48,785 nt of DNA from a virus (Duplodnaviria; Caudoviricetes). Below, piece by piece: positions 26,489-35,855 of this stretch. The stretch is taken from IMG/VR virus record IMGVR_UViG_3300025853_000005, positions 1-48,785 of that record. One strand, written 5' to 3'. Positions within the stretch are counted from its first letter, which is position 1, and each line of letters begins with the position of its first letter. Position numbers and translations under genes: made by a program. The notes below the pieces were generated by a model. The model was not told the DNA's origin. It saw only the letters and a program-made list of their open reading frames with translations, and made no database searches.

Positions 26489-29400
26489 TTATTTGTCGTA
26501 AACCCCGATTGATAGTCCCAATCCCTCGCCAATTGCTAGTGCCGCTGTTGTTGGAATTGTCTCACCTTCCTTGTATGCTTCAGCCGCAGATTGAATAATG
26601 AGCGGGATGAAATTCTCCACAACACTTCTAACCTCTTCTGGCAGAACAGTATCGCCCAATTCTATCGGTTGAACCTCGCGACCAACAATATCCTTACCAG
26701 TGATTAGCTCTATAGCAAGCAAAGCAGGAGGTGCTAATTTGTACTTCAGGAAACTACCGATGTCACTAAGCGGGTCAATATCAGTCTCTCCGGTCGTCGT
26801 CTTCTCGTAGATACCCTTGATTGTTTTCGCAAGAATCCGCATTGGTTGCTGAACACCACCCCAAATATCAATTCGCTTATTTCCTTGAATGATAATCTTG
26901 CCAAAATCGGAGTCGTCTGGGTCTAATCCAACCTCAGCACCTGCCGCCACCGCCATTCCCATAATCGCCATGCCAGTTCCGAGAAGCGCACCCCATTGTC
27001 TCGCCATCTCTCCGCGTAATTCAGGCTGTTGAACCGCGTTTTTGACCGCCATATACGGGGCTTGAACGCGAGATAATGCGAATCGCGGTGCAAAAAATAC
27101 TAGCGAGAGTTCTTCAGCCGCCCCGCTAAGATTACCAAGATCACCGCGACCCGTTGCAATATTTACATACTTTGCGTAAGCCTTCTTTGCTTCATCAGAT
27201 GCGTCAGGATGCTTTGTAAGGAAGTCGGACATCAATCCGGTGCGCAACATATTTAGTCCCGTAACCATATTACGCTCTGATGCCATTACAACCTTACCAA
27301 ATCCCGGTATCTTCTCGGCAAGGTTCGATGCAAAGAACTCCTCACGCTTTGAGATTGCGGAGTCAATGTTCGATAGATGCAGTCCATACTTGTCGAACTC
27401 AGCTTTTTGCGGGTGATTCTTAATGTCCAAGTCAGCCGCATCAGCTTTATTCTGCGAGAAGGTTGCTTGAAACGCCTTCCCCCATGCCTTCCCCGCAATG
27501 ACCGGATGTCCTAGTGACGGGAGCAATCCTTGACGAAGACCGTATGACATATCCATTGTGGCGAGCATTGAGCGGGGAAGTGTTATAACTTCTTTTGCCA
27601 AATCACGCATTGTTCTTGGGCGCAACTCATGGATATTATTCCGCGCCTCGCGCTGTAATTGGTGCAGTTTAATCCGCGCATCAGCCAATTCTTTACTCTT
27701 AACGGTTGCCTTTTCCTTGCTCGTAATCTTGTAGTTGCCCGTCCGAATCTGCTCCTCAAGGTCAGCGATTTTGTCCAACGTATCTCTCGTACTAATCACC
27801 TCGGACAAGTCTTTTTTGAACTCAGCAACCCTAGCACCGCGTTGTTTCACAGGAATCGGGAGGTTTCTGTACCCCTTGTCAATCTGATCCTTGACTTTCG
27901 TGATAGACTTCTGTAAATCAACGATTACCTGCGCGTCAACCTTTCCGCCACCAATCATTCCCTTGGTTCTCAGTGCAATTTCCTCTTTCAAGAATTTGAT
28001 TTGCGCTGATAAATCGTCTAATGCGGGTGATTTCGAGTTCTGAATCTTTGGTTTCGTGTAATCTCCGGTGCGAATCTGCTGTTCCAAGTCAGCGATTGTG
28101 TCTAGTCCCTTCACGCGAGCGAGTAGCTTCTTAATCTCAAGGTTAGCGGACTTAATTAACTCCGATTCCTTGCGCTTGCTCGGCTTCACATCGCGGTACA
28201 ATCCGTCAATCTGCCGTTTCAACTCACCGATTCGCTTCATCTTCTCGGCATAAACCGTTTCGTCAGTCTCGGTCACGCGGTATGCGGACTCAAGCAGACC
28301 AAGTTTGCGTTTCAATTCGGTAACCTCACCTGATGTTGGTTCGGTCTTACGCTTCGGGTCGAACACGCGATTGAATGCGTCCTCAAGCTGACCGGACAAC
28401 TTCGCTTGCTTGATGATTTCAGCCTTGCGCTTCATCGTGTCCGTCTTGGCTCGCTTCTCAAACTTCTGTACGCGCCCACCAATCGAATCCCAGATGTTCT
28501 TGTCGCTCAGGTCAGGGAGATCGCTCTTAACTAGCGCAGTGACCTCTTTAAGCGTCTGTGCGCCATCCTCAATGTAGTTCGCCGCCAATTTGGATATAAG
28601 ACGCGCTGACTCAATCGTAACGCCTGTGATGTCGTTTACGCGGTATCCGAGAGCTTGCAACTCATCCTTGATTGCTTGGCGGTCTGTCTTAATATCTTCT
28701 TTCTTGCGAGTCTTCCGAGTCTTGCGAGCCTTTTCAATCGCGGCATCAGCGAAGTCACGCGCTTGAAGGTCTGTGATTTCTTTCTCAAGTTCCGCAATCT
28801 TTTTAGTTTGCGCCTCAATCTCGTTGCCCAAGTTCGTTAAATTCTGCTGTTCTTCGGCAGTCAACTTCTTACCCTTTGATGCTTTTGCTCTACGAATCAA
28901 ACTCGTCAACTCGTAACTATCCAGTGCAATTCTCAGCTTGCGAATCTGTAGCGCACGACCCGCTTCGGTTTTCGAGAGGTCAGCCGCGTAGGTCAGATTG
29001 TCCATCGCCTTATCGAGTCCGTCGAGTTTGGCTTGGTTCGCCGATGTATCTTGCCCTGCATCAACTTGCGCGTTTATTTCATTGAGAAGTTTCTTCATCT
29101 CGTTGCTGATTTGACCCGCACGAACAACCATTCCCGCGTGTTCTTCCGGTGTCACAACTCTTGGCTTTTTAAGCACTTCAGCCGCAACCGTTTCTGCGTT
29201 TCTGTCTGCACCCGATTTCTTTGCGTTCTCAAGCGTGTCGATATTCTTCTGCGCTTCTTGAGGATTCAGACCCTCGAAATCCATGTCATCACGGATTGTT
29301 GCGATGTCATCACCGACTAGCGACATGGTTTTCTTTGGCGGAACAACCTTCTCAGCAACAGGTTTCGCTTTCTTCGGAGCCACCTTCTCCGCCCCGTCCT

Positions 29401-31567
29401 TCTGCGCGGGCTGGGCGGGTTGCTTGGCAGGGGTGGTAACTTTTCTTGCAACAACATTCCCACCGTTGTCTACCCAGACAGGATCAGCAAATCTTGCTTG
29501 ATTTTCATTAAATATAACATAATTGAGAATACCATCATTAAGTTCAATCTCTATTCCATCATGGCCTATTTCAGTAATGTAAGTTTTCCATTCCACATAA
29601 TCGGCTGTCTCAAGATCACCAATATCTTTTCCGGCATACTCTGACACAACCTCAGCAATAGCCCTAGATGGGTCTGATGAATCATACTGTAGTTTTATTG
29701 GATTCTCAACTTTTGCATTAATAGCTAATACAGAACCTAATCCACCACTAGGCCCCGCATATCTTTCGGCTTGTTCGTAATCTGTAGTTAAAAAAGCTCC
29801 CAGAATAGTATCTTTAGCATCAGTCTCGTTTCCCGCTCTTGAAAAATCAAATTCAGTCATACCTCTATTACCACCATGATAGAGGTCTTTATTGTATCCT
29901 AGCTTTCTAAGACTTTCCCTAACATCTTCTTCCGCAGTATTATACTTGTCTAAATTTTTATCAATCCAGACGTTATCGAAATATTTCCATTTTTCATATT
30001 TTCCTTTAACATCTGATAGTTCTGATTTTAGATTTTCAGAAAGATTCTCTATATTAACATTACCCCCTACTTCACCGTTCGCGCCTTCACCTGACTCTTG
30101 TACGCCATCGGCTTCTGCCGGGACACCCCTAGTATCTTCGACGGTTGCTTGCTCGCCTTCTTGCTCTGTTTCAATCTCATCTGCCCGCTGTGTGGTGTCT
30201 GCATCTTGTGCCTCCTGTTTCTCTTTAATCCGCTGACGAATCTCATGCGCGGTCAGTGCATCAACCTCGCCAAGAATCCCCTCTAACTTCTCTAAATCCG
30301 CTTCTGATAGTTTTTCTTGTTGCAAAATCTCATTCGCGGTCGCCTCCTCCATTGCCATGCCAATCGAATCGCCACCTGTCTTATTCCGGTCAAGAACTTC
30401 CTTGATGTCCTTGTCAATCTCGTTATGCTCATCATCGGTCTTTGCTTCTTGCGATCTGGCAATCAACGCATCCGCTTCCTGCTCTGTCGCTCCCGATGCC
30501 ATCAACCCTTTCTTAACCCGGTCTGTTCGTTTCGCATTGACCATCATGCCAGAAATCGACGTTCCCCCATCGAAAAATGCGCCAAGAATCATCGCCTCCG
30601 CAATACCATTACCAAGACTCGCATCCATCCCCACCATTTGGTCAAGTGCGTTCTCGCCAAGTTGCGCAGTTCCCTCAGACACCGAGCCGACGAGCATATC
30701 CTTGCCAAAATCAGCAACTCGTTTTGCCGCACCCTTCTTAATTTTTCCCGCTAAAACCTTGTCTATCACGCGACCTGTACCCATCGCCTCGGAAAGAACT
30801 TCAACGGCTCCTGTCGCAGTCGCGTTGGTTAATCGTTGCTTTTCTGACAACCCCTCGTCTGCCAAAGCGCCATACTTCGTTCCTGCCGCGCTTGTTCCCA
30901 TAAACCCAAGACTTCCGCCCTTGCTAATGAACGCCATTGCAATCTGCATTGTAAGGCGTGGAACCTCAAACATTGCCATCTCAACGATTTTCTCCACAGC
31001 ATCACCCGCTCTGCCCTCTTTGATAAGTTGGACTATCGGTTCTTTTTGCTCAGTGACGCGCTCTCGAATCCTCTCAGACTTCTTGATCCGGTCGACCGCG
31101 AACTTCTCAATAATGTCTCCGGTCTTGCCGAATCCAATTGGCTCGCCCTTCTCCGTCAACTGAACACGACCGTCTTGCATTAAACCATCGGGTGAGATTT
31201 GCTGTGGCCCTGACATTTGTAGCGACTTCATTGCCATCTCAGGTAGCAACGCCAATCCGCCAATCAAGTCAAGGGATGTCATCTCCGTGGATGCCGCGAA
31301 CTTTGTCCCCCAAGGAACGTTACCCTCAATCGGTGGCTCATCGCCCTGAATCCACTCCTGATATTTGCTTAGTGGAGCAGTTGGCTCTTGCTCTACTTGC
31401 TCCTGACTCTGAATAATCCCACCGAACTCATCAGTCTGTTGCGATTGCACAATGCCACCGAACTCATCGGTTTGCGCTTCTTGCGGTTGGACAAAAGTAT
31501 CTACAGCCCCCGCTAAATCATCAGTAGGACTTTCTTGGATTACACCGCCAAATTCATCAAGTGCCAT
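26489..31567 (-). CDS. large internal virion/DNA-ejection (polyvalent-type) protein with ART-like domain
   Basis: 1692 aa, mostly helical/coiled-coil; DEFGG x3 at N-terminus; YHG...GAFLT...NP...GHDG...YVIF ART-like motifs; position after tail genes. Confidence 0.75.
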   Translation of the reverse strand: MALDEFGGVIQESPTDDLAGAVDTFVQPQEAQTDEFGGIVQSQQTDEFGGIIQSQEQVEQEPTAPLSKYQEWIQGDEPPIEGNVPWGTKFAASTEMTSLDLIGGLALLPEMAMKSLQMSGPQQISPDGLMQDGRVQLTEKGEPIGFGKTGDIIEKFAVDRIKKSERIRERVTEQKEPIVQLIKEGRAGDAVEKIVEMAMFEVPRLTMQIAMAFISKGGSLGFMGTSAAGTKYGALADEGLSEKQRLTNATATGAVEVLSEAMGTGRVIDKVLAGKIKKGAAKRVADFGKDMLVGSVSEGTAQLGENALDQMVGMDASLGNGIAEAMILGAFFDGGTSISGMMVNAKRTDRVKKGLMASGATEQEADALIARSQEAKTDDEHNEIDKDIKEVLDRNKTGGDSIGMAMEEATANEILQQEKLSEADLEKLEGILGEVDALTAHEIRQRIKEKQEAQDADTTQRADEIETEQEGEQATVEDTRGVPAEADGVQESGEGANGEVGGNVNIENLSENLKSELSDVKGKYEKWKYFDNVWIDKNLDKYNTAEEDVRESLRKLGYNKDLYHGGNRGMTEFDFSRAGNETDAKDTILGAFLTTDYEQAERYAGPSGGLGSVLAINAKVENPIKLQYDSSDPSRAIAEVVSEYAGKDIGDLETADYVEWKTYITEIGHDGIEIELNDGILNYVIFNENQARFADPVWVDNGGNVVARKVTTPAKQPAQPAQKDGAEKVAPKKAKPVAEKVVPPKKTMSLVGDDIATIRDDMDFEGLNPQEAQKNIDTLENAKKSGADRNAETVAAEVLKKPRVVTPEEHAGMVVRAGQISNEMKKLLNEINAQVDAGQDTSANQAKLDGLDKAMDNLTYAADLSKTEAGRALQIRKLRIALDSYELTSLIRRAKASKGKKLTAEEQQNLTNLGNEIEAQTKKIAELEKEITDLQARDFADAAIEKARKTRKTRKKEDIKTDRQAIKDELQALGYRVNDITGVTIESARLISKLAANYIEDGAQTLKEVTALVKSDLPDLSDKNIWDSIGGRVQKFEKRAKTDTMKRKAEIIKQAKLSGQLEDAFNRVFDPKRKTEPTSGEVTELKRKLGLLESAYRVTETDETVYAEKMKRIGELKRQIDGLYRDVKPSKRKESELIKSANLEIKKLLARVKGLDTIADLEQQIRTGDYTKPKIQNSKSPALDDLSAQIKFLKEEIALRTKGMIGGGKVDAQVIVDLQKSITKVKDQIDKGYRNLPIPVKQRGARVAEFKKDLSEVISTRDTLDKIADLEEQIRTGNYKITSKEKATVKSKELADARIKLHQLQREARNNIHELRPRTMRDLAKEVITLPRSMLATMDMSYGLRQGLLPSLGHPVIAGKAWGKAFQATFSQNKADAADLDIKNHPQKAEFDKYGLHLSNIDSAISKREEFFASNLAEKIPGFGKVVMASERNMVTGLNMLRTGLMSDFLTKHPDASDEAKKAYAKYVNIATGRGDLGNLSGAAEELSLVFFAPRFALSRVQAPYMAVKNAVQQPELRGEMARQWGALLGTGMAIMGMAVAAGAEVGLDPDDSDFGKIIIQGNKRIDIWGGVQQPMRILAKTIKGIYEKTTTGETDIDPLSDIGSFLKYKLAPPALLAIELITGKDIVGREVQPIELGDTVLPEEVRSVVENFIPLIIQSAAEAYKEGETIPTTAALAIGEGLGLSIGVYDK

Positions 31568-31575
31568 GTTATTCC

Positions 31576-33189
31576 TTATGGTTTTGTTGCAATCTGACCG
31601 CTGTTATTCTTGTATTGTGCGCCGGATGGCAGTGCATCAAATTGTTCCTGAGTCGTTACTATTGGAGCGGAGTCAACTTCGGGCGCAGTATATCCCGCCA
31701 TTATCTCTTCGTTAAGTTTATTTTTCTGCTTAGTCAACTCAACCTTTTCCTTGCTACTAAGACCTCCGGTCTTTTTTCTCGCATCAATTGCCTTTATCTT
31801 CCTCTCACGCTCTGAATAGTATTTACTTTCCTCGGCAGTTTGCGCTGAAGCAATCCGACTTGCGATAAGTGACTTACGGCTCTCTTCCTTCTGTTGTGCT
31901 GTCTTCGCCTCAAACTCCTTCTCGCTCTTCGCCTGAACCTCTTCTTGAATCTTGTCCATCCGCGTCTGCATCCGATTCGGCACACGCGCCCCAGACGTAA
32001 CCAACTTCTGATAGCGGTCGTACTCGCGCTTCTGAGATGCGGTCATCCGGTCGTAGTTCGTGGTATCAGATTCGGGGTCGGCTCCGGTGTCATCCGCAAA
32101 CCGCTTGTGTTCGATGAATACCGCCGCGTCATTCTTCGGAGTTCCGTCCTCGTTATAACGAGCCTTGTTCCGTGTCCGCTCCATCCGACGTTGCTCGTTC
32201 TTCGATTGCGAGCGCTCTTTCATGCGGGACTTGTTCAGATTATTGAGTTTTTTGAATTGCTGATAATCCGTCATTCCTGCGCGTTGTTCGGGCGTTCCAA
32301 CAGCATCAAGGATTTGGTCTTTGGTCATCCCTTGCTCGGTTAGACCTTTAACAATCTTCCGCAACTCACTTGTCGCGCCCTGCTCCTTCATCATCTGACC
32401 GCGAACAATCTCCTTCGCCTCGCGCAATCCCGCCGCGCCACCACCGAGTTGCCTCGCCAGTCCTGCCACATCAAACTCAGTCCGCCCTGTCTTCTTGTTG
32501 CGTCCGGGTGTGAACGCATCTAATCCCTTGTCAGCGGTATTCCCCGCCTGAACATCAAGTATTGATTTCTGTTGCGCTCCCACTTCCGGTTGCGTCATCG
32601 GTCGCAAGCCACCCACCTCGGACGCAGTTCCTCCGCCATCAGGGAATTGAGTCGCCCCTTGTGGCACACCCATCGTTCCTTGCACACCGGACATCTCGCC
32701 AAGGATGTTCAGCGCCTCTTGACTTTGAGGTGCGGTCTGTGGTGTCGGGTTGAAGATATTCGGCGCGGGACTCGCTTGCTGACGAGCATCTGACGCGGCT
32801 CTCTGCTCTAATGACATATTGGGCGATAGCGGAGCCGCCTCACCAGAAATGATTCTAGCAAGTGCCTCTGAGCCTCGTAATTGATTTAGCGAGCGATCAG
32901 GCACAAATGCAGGTTGAACGGGCGGTGCTTGATTCGTAGGGCCGATTGGTGCGCCCTGAAACTGTTGCGGTACGCGCATATCGCCTTGAGGCATTGCCTG
33001 ATTGAATGGAGCGTTCGCGCTCGGAGTAAGCGATGGGTTCTGAAGACCGCTTTGAAATGGCATACCCATTTGGGTGAGAGCATCAAGAGCGCGTTGCTGA
33101 TTGTTGTTCGGAACTAGCGTTGTGCTTGGTTCAGCCTCGGTAAAGTTCCGTCCGCTTCTCTGAAAGTCCTCAAAATTCGTGATAGCCAT
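31576..33189 (-). CDS. internal virion (ejection/pilot-type) protein
   Basis: Q/P-rich N-terminus, charged helices, C-terminal QEQFDALPSGAQY...KP. Confidence 0.7.
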   Translation of the reverse strand: MAITNFEDFQRSGRNFTEAEPSTTLVPNNNQQRALDALTQMGMPFQSGLQNPSLTPSANAPFNQAMPQGDMRVPQQFQGAPIGPTNQAPPVQPAFVPDRSLNQLRGSEALARIISGEAAPLSPNMSLEQRAASDARQQASPAPNIFNPTPQTAPQSQEALNILGEMSGVQGTMGVPQGATQFPDGGGTASEVGGLRPMTQPEVGAQQKSILDVQAGNTADKGLDAFTPGRNKKTGRTEFDVAGLARQLGGGAAGLREAKEIVRGQMMKEQGATSELRKIVKGLTEQGMTKDQILDAVGTPEQRAGMTDYQQFKKLNNLNKSRMKERSQSKNEQRRMERTRNKARYNEDGTPKNDAAVFIEHKRFADDTGADPESDTTNYDRMTASQKREYDRYQKLVTSGARVPNRMQTRMDKIQEEVQAKSEKEFEAKTAQQKEESRKSLIASRIASAQTAEESKYYSERERKIKAIDARKKTGGLSSKEKVELTKQKNKLNEEIMAGYTAPEVDSAPIVTTQEQFDALPSGAQYKNNSGQIATKP

Positions 33190-33208
33190 AATTTTCTCCT
33201 GTCCAAAT

Positions 33209-33237
33209 AAGCTACATATTTGTAGTGTTCATGTCAA
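33209..33237 (-). promoter_or_regulatory. sigma70-type promoter with TACA-N4-TGTA palindrome
   Basis: TTGACA(33232-33237)-N17-TAGCTT; CTACATATTTGTAG at 33212-33225. Confidence 0.7.
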
Positions 33238-33254
33238 GTTGTTTCTTTAAAAAT

Positions 33255-33389
33255 CTAGGGGTATGCAATGCGATGCGCCTCGACCTGAGCCTCTAAAGAT
33301 GCGACCCTTGAACTTAGGTCTGAAATTTCATTTCTAAGATCATCTACCTTCGCGCCCTCAGTTTCATTTGGCATTCTATCTTGTTCCAT
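33255..33389 (-). CDS. small coiled-coil protein (44 aa; not in ORF track)
   Basis: GGAG RBS; MEQDRMPNE...HRIAYP*. Confidence 0.55.
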   Translation of the reverse strand: MEQDRMPNETEGAKVDDLRNEISDLSSRVASLEAQVEAHRIAYP

Positions 33390-33390
33390 T

Positions 33391-34626
33391 TTATATCTCC
33401 GTTGCTCTAATCGTGTAGTCGTATAATCCGAATCGATTTATATTAGCAGAAAAGGTGTTCTGTAGACCTAATTTCTGTTTATGAAGAATGTTTAAATCAA
33501 GTTGGAATTGCTCATACGTTGCGTTCTTCCCGACAATCACAGCGTTTTGGTCACGGCTCTGACCCGCAAAAACAATTGAATCTACAAGTGCTGGTATTCT
33601 TTGAGGATTTGACGTTACTGTTGTGATTGTTGTTTGAAATTTACCATTGCCAAGGGATGAATTTGATATTGTTCTGTTTTGCCCTTCTATCGGATCAGGA
33701 ACAGTTCCCCCTTCGGATACAAAACTTAACTCATTTGAGTTCGTTGAAACAGTTGTTGACTCTGATGTAGCAGGTGGATTGCGACCAATTTGGACAACTA
33801 AATCCTCTCGGTAATCAGCGGTAGAAGCAGTCTTGTTTGTATCATACCATTCGGAAGAGTTTATACCGATATAAGGATGATTCGCCTCTTTTGTTCCCCC
33901 ACTTTCTATAAACCAAACATCTGGAGTTGTGGTTGTGTCGTATTTAATCCGCCATGTGTTATCCGTCACACCAGTCCAAATAGCATCCGTCTCGCCAATA
34001 GTTCCAAATGTATGCTCATATTCCTGAGCGGCGGCGGCGTTGTTCATATTACTACCGCTGACAAAAATACTTGTTGATGGTGATGATGATTGCGTTTCAT
34101 TCTCTGCCCATTGTTTTGCGCTACCTCCACCGCCAAAATCAACCGAGATATCCTTCGACACAACCACATCGAAAGTCCCATCGCCATTATCGTTCGACGT
34201 TTTGCTGTAAGTCGTTCCGTCGGGGATGCTTCCGGCGGCAGGCAGTTCAATCGAATCAGGGTCAACAATCTTCCAATAGTACGATTTCTCCGCGAGCGTT
34301 CCCGCAGATGTCCGCTTCGTCACATCATTGAGGAGCGACGAATCAATCTTGAACCGTTGGCGAATCGTCTTCTTGTCTTCGTTGTACGTGATGTCAACGC
34401 AATACCAAGTGCCTTCATACGTCTTGAATCCGAACGACGGGTTGACCACACTCAAACGGTTCGCTTCCAAGTATTCAACGCAATCCTCTCGCGCTGTGCT
34501 ACTTACACCATTGTAGTCGAGAATCAACTCCTGCGACCCAAGGAAGTTCAGGCGCACCCGGTTCATCAGCTTCGCTTTATCGAGGCTTAGAATGTTGTCG
34601 TAGTTGAAGTCAGTGGATATTGCCAT
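33391..34626 (-). CDS. structural (tail) protein
   Basis: 411 aa, S/T-rich, in structural operon. Confidence 0.65.
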   Translation of the reverse strand: MAISTDFNYDNILSLDKAKLMNRVRLNFLGSQELILDYNGVSSTAREDCVEYLEANRLSVVNPSFGFKTYEGTWYCVDITYNEDKKTIRQRFKIDSSLLNDVTKRTSAGTLAEKSYYWKIVDPDSIELPAAGSIPDGTTYSKTSNDNGDGTFDVVVSKDISVDFGGGGSAKQWAENETQSSSPSTSIFVSGSNMNNAAAAQEYEHTFGTIGETDAIWTGVTDNTWRIKYDTTTTPDVWFIESGGTKEANHPYIGINSSEWYDTNKTASTADYREDLVVQIGRNPPATSESTTVSTNSNELSFVSEGGTVPDPIEGQNRTISNSSLGNGKFQTTITTVTSNPQRIPALVDSIVFAGQSRDQNAVIVGKNATYEQFQLDLNILHKQKLGLQNTFSANINRFGLYDYTIRATEI

Positions 34627-34925
34627 TACTCACTCGCTAGGGTTGTGGTTGGGGTCATAACGAACTTGACGGTGAACGTGTATTCAATTTCATTGTCCGC
34701 TTCGTCATACACATTGTTCGTGAAGATGTCGAATTTCGTCGGGATGTCACCACCCGTCAACGTGTCCTTGTGCGTCACTGTTTCGTTCAGAAGCGAAAGT
34801 AGGAGTTCGCGGATGTCAGTCTCGCCATCATCAACACCGTCGAGCGATGCCCATGTGACCTTGAGATTCGTTGCGTCAGAGGAGTATCCGCTCCACCAAG
34901 TCGCAGGGGTATAAACAACAGCCAT
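34626..34925 (-). CDS. structural hypothetical protein
   Basis: AAGGAG RBS; coupled to next gene. Confidence 0.7.
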   Translation of the reverse strand: MAVVYTPATWWSGYSSDATNLKVTWASLDGVDDGETDIRELLLSLLNETVTHKDTLTGGDIPTKFDIFTNNVYDEADNEIEYTFTVKFVMTPTTTLASE

Positions 34926-34934
34926 AATTTCTCC

Positions 34935-35855
34935 TTAAATGCCAAGCGGGTTAGAATAGGTCGTGGTGTTTTGGAATGTGTTCCGAGCGTTCTGAATCCC
35001 TCGCCCGTACCACTTCCGTTCGCGCTCCGGTTCAGCCTCAATCGCCCACTCGCCACCGTCCTGCAAGTGATAGTCGAGTCCCATGTCGAATGGCGAAACG
35101 TAGAGTTGGTCAAGACCGGACGACGGTTCGATGTAAACTGTTTCCCAAACTTTAGTAGCGTCAACAGTTGCCGTGTACGCGCCAACCTCGTCCGTGAGCG
35201 TAACACCCGTCCCTTCGTTAATCAGGAAGTCATAGACAACCGTTGCAGACGATAGAAAGCGCATCCGATTCAGCGTGTATCCGGTCGTTGCGCTAACCAC
35301 ATGCGCGGTAACTGTGCCAATCGCAATCGTAGTATCCGCATCGCCAGTCGTGTACGTCAATCCGTATTCGTCGCCATTAATCAGAACCTTGTTCCCGTCG
35401 CTATACGATTCAACCCGAAGCGTGAACGTGTCGAGGTCGGGGAGCGTTAGAGTTCCAACAACCAAACCAGTATGGGTAACGGTAAGAACTCCGCTTGCGA
35501 TGGAGATAACGACATTCGTACCGTCAGTGATTGTATCAGTGAAGCCATTCGTGTCAGATAGTCTCTCAAAGTCATACTCCGCGCTCCAAAATTCTCGATC
35601 ACTAATTGCGTTGAGACTCTCCGATGTCGGGGAAGTGTCGAACGTGATGGTTGAGAAACTCGCCAACCGCTTATCAATCACATCGTCGAACGAGTTAATC
35701 GGCGCAAGCGTGTTCGCCTGAAATACGAGGTTGTTCATCTCCCCGTAAGTCAGGTTCACCGCCTCAACGAATGACTCTTGGAAGCGCGTGGAATCGTTCA
35801 CGCCGAACTTCCGACGCTTCTTGTTGTACGTGTCATATAGATTTATGTTTGCCAT
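34935..35855 (-). CDS. putative head-tail adaptor/tail protein with central LamG-like beta domain
   Basis: Helical termini, T/V-rich beta middle; position after head genes (role is inference). Confidence 0.55.
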   Translation of the reverse strand: MANINLYDTYNKKRRKFGVNDSTRFQESFVEAVNLTYGEMNNLVFQANTLAPINSFDDVIDKRLASFSTITFDTSPTSESLNAISDREFWSAEYDFERLSDTNGFTDTITDGTNVVISIASGVLTVTHTGLVVGTLTLPDLDTFTLRVESYSDGNKVLINGDEYGLTYTTGDADTTIAIGTVTAHVVSATTGYTLNRMRFLSSATVVYDFLINEGTGVTLTDEVGAYTATVDATKVWETVYIEPSSGLDQLYVSPFDMGLDYHLQDGGEWAIEAEPERERKWYGRGIQNARNTFQNTTTYSNPLGI

